DNA of 64,000 nt, from assembly GCF_009914755.1 (NCBI RefSeq), contig NC_060925.1; one strand, 5' to 3'. Below the pieces are notes generated by a model. That model had not been told where the DNA came from and searched no databases. It worked only from the letters and a program-made list of their open reading frames with translations. The first letter of the stretch is position 1. The number at the start of each line of letters is the position of its first letter. The translations under genes were made by a program, and so were the position numbers. Origin of the DNA: the human T2T-CHM13v2.0 reference genome, Homo sapiens. Below, in pieces: positions 53,686 through 64,000 of this stretch.

Positions 53686-55734
53686 TTTTTATTTGATCTT
53701 ATCACAGTAGTCAGCATATTTTGCCTTGTATTATACTTATATGTGTACATGTAGTCTTCCCCCAGACTAGCCATTACTTGAGAGCAAAATTTTAGCCTTA
53801 TCCGTCTAAATATCCCCCAAGTGCTTATCTAGTGAATGCCTAATTGTAATGCCTATTGACTTAAATGGAATTTAATTAAATGGGGTTTGTTATATTCTGC
53901 TAAGACTGTAGTAGATGTAGACACAAGTCTGATTCTTTTCTTATAACTACCATTTTCCCCTGTTATGGATATATCAAATTACTTACCACCCTTAACATCT
54001 CCTCCAGATTAATTTGTCTTGTGTAAGCCCCTAGTTGACCAAAGCTGATGGCTGATTAAATTCCCCCAAGGGAACTCAGCCACACAGCCACATAGGTTTT
54101 TTTTCTTTTTTGGTTGCAAAAAGCAGAAAGGTGCGTATGCAACAGAGACCATCTTAAACACGAGAATTATTAGAGTAGCTCACAGAAAGGTATCACTGAA
54201 CAAGCAAGCTTCAGGAGGTTAGAAACCAGGACAATTCTGAGGACTCGAGCATTGAGAACTCATGAACTCTTTGACCCAGAGCACCCCAAGGCACCTCCAC
54301 TTAAGACTCAAATTCGAAGGATCTGTGTAAGCCAGCTTGATTCAATAATCTAATTCTGTGCTCAGGAAACAGGTGGTTCCTTTTTTTTTTTTTTTAAATC
54401 AGAATTTGGAGTTAAGAGGATGCAGGGAGAGTGGTAGACAAACGGAAACAAGTGTTACCATAGCAATCTATTAGAGGGCAAACTAAGCCACCAGGAGTCT
54501 CTCAAGAACAAACAAACAAACAAACAAATGTTATGAATGACTTTTGGCTTAAATGTCATGTAGACTAAGACTGGAGGCGCAATGGAGAAGGAGGGAAAAC
54601 TGAGAGCTGATAGAAGCAAAATGAAGGATAGGAGTGAGCATCCCCTAAGATGGACAAGGTGCCTTCATTTCCTAATGGTTTCTCCTCTTCTTTTCTTTGA
54701 ACCTACCAATGTGTGGTTATTTTCCTTGCAATATTGTGTTGTAAGATATCCTTCCAATTTAGAAACAGAAAGGGTAGTAATTGCCTCATGTTAGAATATT
54801 TAGCTATAGAATAATAGGAATCAAAATTATTTTAGACATCAAAGAGTATGGAAAATCAAAGATAATCTGAGGCAGCAAGACACAAATCCCATTTGTCAAT
54901 TCTGCCATTTGGTGATCATGATGGTAGTGATTTGAGATATGTCTAGCTAAGTACCAAGCACTGTTTTAAGTATTTACATATATTGTTCTCTCAAAAACTC
55001 TGACGTGTAGGTAGAATTATTAGCCTCATTTTACACATAAGAGAGCTAAAGTATACAAAGAATAAGTAATGGAGCCAGGATTCAAATTTCCTAATTCAAC
55101 ATCAAAGCCTAAATTCCTGAAAGTGCAAGTCTCTCACAAACTTCAGGAATTCCACAGCATACCAGAAATCTTAAGTTTTAGGGTGGTTCGAAACCTTATA
55201 AATCCCTTTGAGTCAAAAATTTCTCTTTTTTTCCAGATCCTGTTAAACGTCAGTGTTACTATTTAGCCTTTGATATCTCCAGTAAAGGCAACTTCTTTCT
55301 GGACCCAGAAATAAAGCTTTACATTAGCAGCTTCCATAACACCAATAACATGAATGACCATCTACTGAGCAATTGCAGTGCACCAGGATTATGGCTTATG
55401 AGCACTTTATGTTTATTATCTCACAACTCACTGAGTTAGATACTCTCCACAACCCAGTGAGGTAAATACTATTACTTCCACAGTATATATTATTATATAA
55501 TAAAATGCTTAGAATATACACACAGTAACTAAACACTACTTATAAAATATGGCTCTAGATATGTTTGATAAATATTTCCTTCATGAAAACATGGAGGAAT
55601 TAATTAGCAGTATCTCTCTGCAGCCTTTAGCCCTCGAGAATCATGTAGAAAAGAGGAGCTGTCTTCTCTTTTAGCAGAACATCTGTCAGAGATGGTTTCC
55701 CCTGACTTAGACAATTGTGTTTTTTTCCCTTCAG

Positions 55735-55846
55735 AATGATTGAGTCTCAGAATTGTTCTTTAATCCTCAGTATTTCCATTAAGAAGAGCTTCTATCAAGT
55801 GCTTCAAAAGTACCCAATGTGAAGGAGTAATAATGACTCCCTGCTG
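55735..55846 (+). other. Candidate lncRNA internal exon (112 nt)
   Basis: CCTGAC branch at 55701, tttttttcccttcag| acceptor, donor CTG|GTGAGC. Confidence 0.45.
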
Positions 55847-56379
55847 GTGAGCGAAGTGTGGAGGACACAGGTCCCTCAGCCGTCCACTGGATGCTGCACT
55901 GTTTGGCCTGAGCCAACATGGGCAGAAATACAGGCGGCAGCATAAGCAGATGCCAAGAACCTGTCTTGCTTCTACTGTTTTCATTGGGTTACTATATCTC
56001 CTTTGTAGTCCAACCTGCAAATTACTTTGAGAAGGGGAGATACACCCCTGGACCAATCTAGGACTATATTTGTTCCCTTGCTAAAGTAGGAAAAAAAATA
56101 CAGAACCTTTAAATATTGAACTCAAGGGCAACTAATTTAAATTCCTTTCCTTTCATGTTGAAAGTCTTTTGACTGGGTTATTCTGAAGCCATAGCAATTA
56201 GGTTACAGTTTACTTCTCTGTTACTTTACCATCTTTAAATTTGGCACCTTCAAAAGGTTGTTCTGTGCGTTTAAAAAAAAAAAGGAACTACCGTTGGATA
56301 TTGTATTGTTGATGACCATTATTTGATTCTGGATTCTTTTGTGTGTTTGTGTTTGGGTGTTTTTGGTTGTTGTTTGTTT

Positions 56380-56503
56380 GTTTTCTAGAGACGGGGGGTC
56401 TCACTATGTTGTCCAGACTAGATTCGAGCCCCTGAGCTCAAGGGATTCTCCAGCCCCAGCCTCCCGAGTAGCTGGAACTGCAGGCACCCGCCACCACGCC
56501 CAG
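56380..56503 (-). mobile_element. FLAM_A monomer
   Basis: tagagacgggggtctcactatgttg...cgccaccacgcccagg. Confidence 0.87.
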
Positions 56504-58308
56504 GGACAGTTACTTGATTCTTAATAGTCCAGTCATAATGAGACAGGATACTGCATAAGCCAAAGACCACACAAAGTATCAATGTTAAGTATCAAGAGGG
56601 TGTGGAGGAAGTGGGTTACAACCACTTTGTCTCCCAACTGTTGTATGTTTTGCCTTTAAAAATTTTTTTAAGTACGTTAAATTCTAATGTACTCAGATGT
56701 GGCTGAAACAATGACAAAACATTAGTTTTCTTTAAATATGCGTGACTTTTAAGCTTTTTCCCTTTCCCAGTGACTTGCTTCTCCACTAAGCTCTTTTTTT
56801 CTTTTTTTTTTTTCCTCAAATATTATTGTTTCATGTCACTGTGACAAGTTTAGTCTACTGGAAATTCCTATGTCCTCTGTAATTTAGGTTTTAAGCAACA
56901 TATGATTTATCTTGTTATTTTAAAAAAACTATCTGCCTTCCCTAAGTGGGCAACTCTCTGGCATCCTTAATATTCTTCTATAGAAATTGTGATGAAAGAA
57001 CAGATAAGCCTAAGTAAATCTAGCGTGTGGAGCTCCTTTAAAATGTGAAGACCTTGCCAACTGGTTAAAAATAAAACTTGGTTTTGTCCTAAATATCCTT
57101 GCTGGGCCTATTATACATAAAAAAAGGGGCCACAGCCCATTTGCAAGGCTTCTGAATGAACTCCATTCATTCTGTACTTGGAAATGTCTCTTCAGCCACA
57201 AAAAGAAACAATAGTTATAACCTAATTTCTTTGGTGCCAATATCAGCAGAAGAAGAGCCAAGAGACCATTATGAAAACTCTAGTAAGTTCTCTTGGTGAT
57301 TATATAATGCTGTATTCATTGATCATATTTCTGTATTTAAATAAGTACATTTTTTAAAACATCATAAAGTGGATCAGTAATGCTGTAATATCACATTTCA
57401 TGTATTATACAACATTTTTGAAATGGAGTACTCCAAAGTAATTTGCTTCTTATGGTTACCAAAGTTTAAAGAATACCCTAACATGCACTCCAAGATTTTA
57501 AGAGGAAAGGCTTTGTGTTTTTCATTACTGTATTTTGAAATCTGAGAGTGCAAAACTAGTTTTCTTAGGTAAACCCCGTAATCAGTTTCCACATTTACCT
57601 GTAAAAGTCAGTGGAGGGCATACATCTGGAAGTAGTAGTGGCGGTACACAATGTGTGTTAATATGATTTCCAAGGGGTATCTAGAGTAAACTTTCTTAAT
57701 CACAGATCTGATCTGAGCATGCCACTCCTTTCTTAAAATCTTTTGTTGATTTTCCATTTCCCTAAAAGGAAGGCCCACTGGAGCATGGGCCTTGCAAAGT
57801 CCTCTTTCTGGCTTCTGCCTGCCTGCCTTTTCAGCTTCATCTCTGCCATCTTCCCTGAATGAACTTTTGTCAGTGGCCTCGCTCTTTCTACCTATGAGAT
57901 GTTGTTTCTGCATGTTCTTGCATGGAATTCTCTTCCTCCCAACCCTGTTTCATTCCTTTAATCTGTACAACTCTTTCTTATCCTGAAGTCTTTATGTTAA
58001 GGTTGCCTTTTCAGGAAGACTTTTAATTGTATTAGCTAATTAATTAATTAATAGTCTGAGGTATTTGGAGCTGAGATTCTATGGGGATTAGTTGCTGGAG
58101 GGTAGTTTAGAGCCAGATTGTGAAGGACTTTCTAAACTGTGCTTTCAAGGTTTTGAACAGGAAAATGATGTAGACTTTCTGTTTTTTGTAAGTTTGGAGG
58201 ATGGCTTGTGTCTTAAAAGAATATGTAACATAACCATCTAATTTGTGAGTAGTGGACTAAGGAAACACCACTCTAACCTTTTTCTCTCTGCGATAATCCC
58301 ATCTTCAG

Positions 58309-58422
58309 CCTCTCAAGCACTGTGAAAAATCACTTTCTCTTGTTGTATTCTTGGAGCCCCTGCTAATTCATTATTGAAAAATACCTGCTGCCTGCATTTG
58401 GCCTTATGTTGTCATTTACTTG
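58309..58422 (+). other. Candidate lncRNA internal exon (114 nt)
   Basis: CTCTAAC branch at 58271, pyrimidine tract, atcttcag| acceptor, donor TTG|GTAAGT. Confidence 0.55.
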
Positions 58423-59069
58423 GTAAGTAAAGCTAAATATAATATTAACTAAAATTAAAAGACCATTAAATTATTGGATAGTGTCTACTATAGTGGTTTA
58501 GAGTACAGGCTCTAGAGAGATCTGATTTAAAAGTTTTGCTCTGCCACTTGCTAGCAATATAGATGTGGACAGGCTATTTAGATAATTTACTTAGCAAAAT
58601 AAACTTGGACTGAAGGGTAGGAGATTGAGGCAAGGAAGGTAGACCCTAAAGCAGTTTGCCAAATACAAAATCTCTTGGAATTTGAGAGTGTTATCTAAAA
58701 ATCCATGTGAATCTTGTATTCTCTTCCATAATACATTTCTGTTTGTTTTAATATAAAAATACTTTTAAGTTGGAGGAGGGGGTTAAGTGGGTTGGTGATT
58801 ATTGCCTCAAATTTTTTATACAATTATTTCTCCAGGAAAACACACACTGTTTATTCATGGCTTGAAGCAGTCTTTTTTTTTAAACATACTTTTATAGTAT
58901 ACAAGCATGTGAACAGACATGCTTCTGGTAACGGAAATTACCAGAAATGTAAATATAATATCTCATTAGAGCAGAAATTCTGCATTGATCTTCAGCCACT
59001 GATTTACAGTGTTTACCCCAATATTACTATATTCTAGATAAAACGTTAAAAATCTAGCTCAATAGTGTT

Positions 59070-60200
59070 ACAAAATAAACTGATTATTTCCTTCCTCTCA
59101 CCATATATACATCTAGATTATTCCATTCTTTCTAGTTACTCTCACAGGAACCTCAAGAGGCATGCTGGTTTATCTCTTTTCCTGCCTCCCCCCAGATATT
59201 TTAGTTAAATATTTTACTCTTTATACAATCCATCTTAAACATGTAATTCTTTCTATCACTTCTTTTCTGTTTATTTCATGCAGTCAGCAGTCCATTTTAG
59301 GCTTTTGCCATTTTTTCTTGTCTGTAGTATCACTGTGAGTTCAAGAATAAGTTTTCTATATACATTCTCTTTCCTCTTTTGCTTAGCCTATGAACTGTAT
59401 TCCTTTATTGTCTCTGCATCAACTACAAAGTTAAGTATTGATTTCCAAAACAGGCCTGCCTTCCCCATATTATGCTTACCTTGTTTTCCAGCCCAATCTT
59501 TTCCGTTACTCGCCTTAATGGTCCATCCTTTATAGCCAAAATGAACCTTCCACTCTTCCCTGAGCATCCACTGACTCACTTGTCTCCAGGCCTCAGCACC
59601 AATTATCCCCACTGCTTATCACTACTGTGTACATTGCCCAAAGCCTGTCTCACAGGCCTCCTCCTCCTCCATAAATCCTTCCTTGATCATCCCAGCTGAA
59701 TGTGTGGGGTCTCCCTCTCCTTTCATTGTTTCATTTATGGAACAGATATTTATCAAATGCCTAATGTATATCAAGTGATAAACTAATGATGGGGATTTAG
59801 CAATAACTAGGACAGAATTATTACCCACTCTAATGGAGGTTATAATACAACACAAAAGTGGCATTGATAACTAATTTCAAGTTTCACGCATTTTCCAAGG
59901 GTCTGTGCATGGCGTTTAGAAGGCTACACCTTAGGCTGGGGGTCAAGAATGTCTTCCCTGATGTGAGGTTTACACAGAGATCTGAAGAATGAAGAGTCCA
60001 GCTAAGTTAAGTGGGAGCGGATTAAGGGAATGCAAGGACATGAAAGAGTGTCCTAGGCAGAGGGAACAACATATACAAAGGCCCTGAGGTGGGAGTGAAC
60101 AAGGAACTGAGAGAAGAACTGAGAGAAGGCCACTGTGGAAAGCCAGATGCTGTGTGACATGAATAATGGGACACAGGAAATTGAGATATTAGCAAAAGAG
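59070..60200. mobile_element. Opposed L2 fragments (about 59070-59720 plus, 59725-60200 minus)
   Basis: tccttccttgatcatcccag on plus; ctaggcagagggaacaacatatacaaaggccctgagg on minus. Confidence 0.65.
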
Positions 60201-60810
60201 AGATTGATGACCCATAGGCTTGAAGATGTACTGGAACTAAAGTAAGGGGCGAGGATAAATAAAAAGAGGGAGAAATTGGAGAAACAGAGTGCTTGGAAGC
60301 CCTGATGAATTTGAGGAAAAGGATGGTGATAGAGTTGACCTAGCCAGCTAGAAGAGTAGTACTTTTTAGTCAGTGAGCCCTCCATCCCATTTCTCATTAA
60401 TTCTTGTAACACTTTCTCACTTCCTATATTCTGTCATATTTTATAGTTGTTTATATAATTATCTTATTCTTTATACCAATTGTAGTTTCCCTGGGTGCTT
60501 ATTATGGATTAACAATTATATTATTATTAATAATATGGGTGAATGTTTACAAAGAAAGAAGTCTTTTTTGCTATTCTTATTTTATTTCTTTAATCTTTGA
60601 TCAGGGGTTTTTATTTATGAATTCATCTTATATGTCACTTGACAAACACTGAATGCTGAATGCCACAGAGTACATGACACTTTAGCAGCATAAAGAAAGG
60701 CACCAAAACCAAGCAGCAAACTACATGCTACAAAACAACAATTTTTGGAATTAATGAATGAGGCTAATTTTCTGGAGTCCTCTCTCTCTTTTAAAATGTA
60801 AGAAGTGTTA

Positions 60811-61134
<324 letters not shown>

Positions 61135-61699
61135 TCACAGGTTTGGAAGGAGAATGGGGATAGAAGACAGAGCAGAAAATTAGTGGTAGGATTCAGTAGA
61201 TCAGATCTCCAGCTTCTTAGTACCTTTGATATTTAGTCCAGTTATTGAATTTCTCTTCAATTCTTCAGTCAGAACTTCTTTTCATTCCAGTGGGATTGCT
61301 TCACACTTAAGAGAATTAATGTACTTATACAAAGCCATTTTCAGAAGGGAATCACTAATATTATTATGATGTAAACAAATGATACTAGGTACTTTTCCCT
61401 TAAAGTGTCTGTTTTAAACACACATTTGTTTTTCTGCTACATCGAGTTCATTGAATCTCATTTGTATTTTCTTCGTATGTTACCTTATACAGTTATACGC
61501 AGGATGTCCCTGTTTTTTCAGTTAGCTGTTAGATAAATTCACCATACATTCGCTTTCAACCTTGTGTTTAAAAAAAATTAGTTACATGAAGTAGTCATCC
61601 ACATGACATAAGAGACCTAATTTTAATAGGAAATAATATTAAAAATGTAACTCCTAGAAAATGTTAGTGATCATCATCTTCCTTTATTTTTTTTCCTAG

Positions 61700-62110
61700 G
61701 TACTTCCTAAGCGTGGCTACTCCAATGAAGCTTTAGTATATGTACTGAAAGAAGATCCTCTCATACTGCCACAGCCAAGAGATAAGGTTGTAAATCTTTA
61801 TTGGGAGAAGCCGTCAAGGACAGTTCTGTGAAATGAAAGGATCTCTGGATCACCACAAAGTCTGGCTCAGTGACTATGGCTTTGCAAACACTAAACATTC
61901 CTGTCTCAAGTCCTGTAGATGGCTTGAAATAGTATACATAAGCATGCCTTATAAACATCTTCAGTCTTTATCAACTCTTTGGAGATTCAGCCATTCTTTT
62001 TTGTACTTTAGGGAATTAAATCATTTTATAATGTATAAATCTGAGCATGGCCGATGGCAGAAGAAATTTTGTCATACGTTTTTAAAGAAATAAAAATGTA
62101 TTATGTTTTA
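61700..62110 (+). other. Candidate lncRNA terminal exon
   Basis: Strong acceptor ctcctttattttttttcctag|G and AATAAA about 390 nt downstream. Confidence 0.6.
62089..62094 (+). terminator. Polyadenylation signal AATAAA
   Basis: AATAAA followed by T/GT-rich sequence (tgtattatgtttt, ctgttttttc); TGTA upstream at 62033. Confidence 0.55.
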
Positions 62111-62824
62111 AAATTCCTTTAACTGTTTTTCTTACAAAACTCCCAACAACTTAGTTACCAAGTAAACTATCTCAGATATGATTTTTCAGTCCTTGCTAAT
62201 CTATTTATAAAATCTTTTGCTATTTTATAATCTTATTATTTGTGTCTGTCCTTAAGTGTTCATTTGTTTTTATGTCTGTGTATGTCATGTTTATTTGAGC
62301 TGTTTAATGTAAAGTAAAACAAGAACTCCCTGCATCTTATAGCATAAAAAGCAATGTTTTTCATATTCTTACCCTAATAGAAACCCTCATTCACAGAGTG
62401 ATGGCTAATGCTCTACCTTTCTGCAATTCCTAGTCAGAGAACTGTCCAAGTCTCACATGACCTGCATCTTGAAGAAGAAACCTATCACGAGTTAGTTCTT
62501 AGCTATACAGGTTAACAAACTCAAATGACCCACTAACTAAATCTTGATTCTTAACAAAAACACTATGGTCTATCATCATAACAATGTCAATTTCTCACAT
62601 TATCATTTTGAATCAACAATATGCCATCATATCAAAGAGAACTTATCATATTAGCATATTGAATATAAAATTACAGTGCAGCTAGTTCCAAGACCTGAAT
62701 GAGTGTGGTATATAAAAAGAGCAGTGGATTAGAAATAAGGCAATCTGACGTGCTTATCTCAGTTCTGCTGATACTTGCTATGTGTATTTAAGGCTAATTA
62801 TTTAAATGGGCTTTATTTAAAAAG

Positions 62825-63030
62825 GGAAAAGAAGTAGAGGCATGCCCATTCCTTTTAAGAATATGACCCGGAATTTCCGTGTATCATCTCTGCTCATGTA
62901 CCTTTGGCCAGAGCTTAATCAGTTTGTCCCAGGTAGTAGGAAAGGAGGCTGGAATATGTGGCCTTTAGCTGAAACTTCGAGGATTCTAAAGGAATTGGAC
63001 TATTGAAAGACAAGTAATAGTCTTTGCCAT
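62825..63030. mobile_element. MLT1J/K-like LTR fragment
   Basis: tctgctcatgtacctttggccagagcttaatca...aaaggaggctggaatatgtggcctttagctg. Confidence 0.65.
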
Positions 63031-63971
63031 TGCTCTCTTATCAGGAAAGCAAATGTTCTTTCAGACCCTCCTCCCCTGCCCCACTGAGTGATTCCATCAG
63101 ATGAATCACCATCTATGGCAGATAGACCCTTATGAAATCTGTATGCAGCAGATTTCTACTTAGGCCATAATTGAGCATATAGTTACTCCTAGATTTAAAA
63201 AAGCTGGGGAAGCAGGAAACAGGATTGACATGATTGGCTTTGACCAAAGTTTCACAGACTTTCTTGGTGCACAGCTCCCTTGGGTTCTTAATTTTTTTCG
63301 TGGTACCAAAAGAAATACATAAAAGTTTCATATACAATTCAATAAGCATTTGAACTATGACACATAAATTGAAAGAGAAGTAATACCTTGTTCATTCTTA
63401 GATAACCACAGTTACTACTGGGCTATATATACCTGTTGGGCACTCTACAACTTCTCAAACCTTGGACTCAGATTGGATGGTGCCACCCTATGTCTTGCCA
63501 GACAGTGCTTGCTTTTCATCACAGCAACCACTGAAAACCCAGCTTTGCAATGACATCAATGACATAATATTCTAAAGAAATGTAGCATGGTCTAATGTGG
63601 AAACTGTGAATCACCCCAAGCTAATAGTGGGCATGCTATCTGCCAGAAGTTAAGTCCCTATTTCCCTTGAAAATTTGAATATATTATAGCTCCCCCAGTG
63701 AGTTTACTTTAGCACCCTTGAGGGCTGGGCACACAGTTTGGGAACCATGGGCTTAGACTAATCATCGTTTATTTTCTGGGCTGGACATATTGCTCCCTAG
63801 ACAAGAATTAGTTTTTTAGAGGGGAAGAAAGAAGAATGGAAAATATTTAGGAAACCGACTATTTCTGCCTCCTTCTATTCCAGCTAAACTACATGATCTT
63901 TAAGAAGAGAGGCTATGTCTGTTTTTACACACTTTTCTGTGGCATAGTTCTGGGTATTTCAAAGAACATAG

Positions 63972-64000
63972 AGGCTTGGTACAGTGGCTCAAGCCTGTAA
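63972..64000 (+). mobile_element. Alu 5' end (cut by window edge)
   Basis: ggcttggtacagtggctcaagcctgtaa. Confidence 0.75.

Noticed and set aside
56989-57156. Box C-like GTGATGA with distant CTGA (also GTGATGA at 364), possible intronic snoRNA given the TOP promoter
   Set aside because: No convincing terminal stem, spacing or guide complementarity seen; snoscan/Rfam would be needed

Overview
Primate (human-like) genomic DNA. The left edge holds the 5' end of DPH5 (diphthine methyl ester synthase) on the minus strand: first coding exon 283..149, non-coding exon 1 at about 624..523 starting at a TCT/5'TOP motif, and a CpG-island bidirectional promoter at about 520-1040. The remaining ~62 kb has no credible protein-coding gene. 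It reads as the mostly intronic body of the divergent lncRNA DPH5-DT on the plus strand: strong donor at 901/902, several well-formed internal exon candidates, and a terminal exon from 61700 with AATAAA at 62089. The region is dense in transposons: about 22 Alu/FLAM copies, L1M/L1PB/L1PA and L2 fragments, MIRs, a two-LTR MST provirus, THE1/MLT1/MLT2/MER21 LTRs, and MER2/MER47A/MER20/MER58/MER81/MER91 DNA elements. No CRISPR array, tRNA, rRNA or convincing snoRNA was seen, and I found no evidence of a new multi-gene system. The most unusual items are (i) fold-back and duplication structures at 47.0-51.6 kb, including a miR-28/151-like L2-derived hairpin, a MIR-internal hairpin and a locally triplicated LTR fragment, (ii) a candidate intron that would be too short to splice without its Alu, (iii) the TOP start of DPH5, and (iv) two motif-dense putative enhancers. 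Repeat subfamily names, the locus identity and miRNA sequences come from recall rather than searches, and boundaries of old repeats are approximate.
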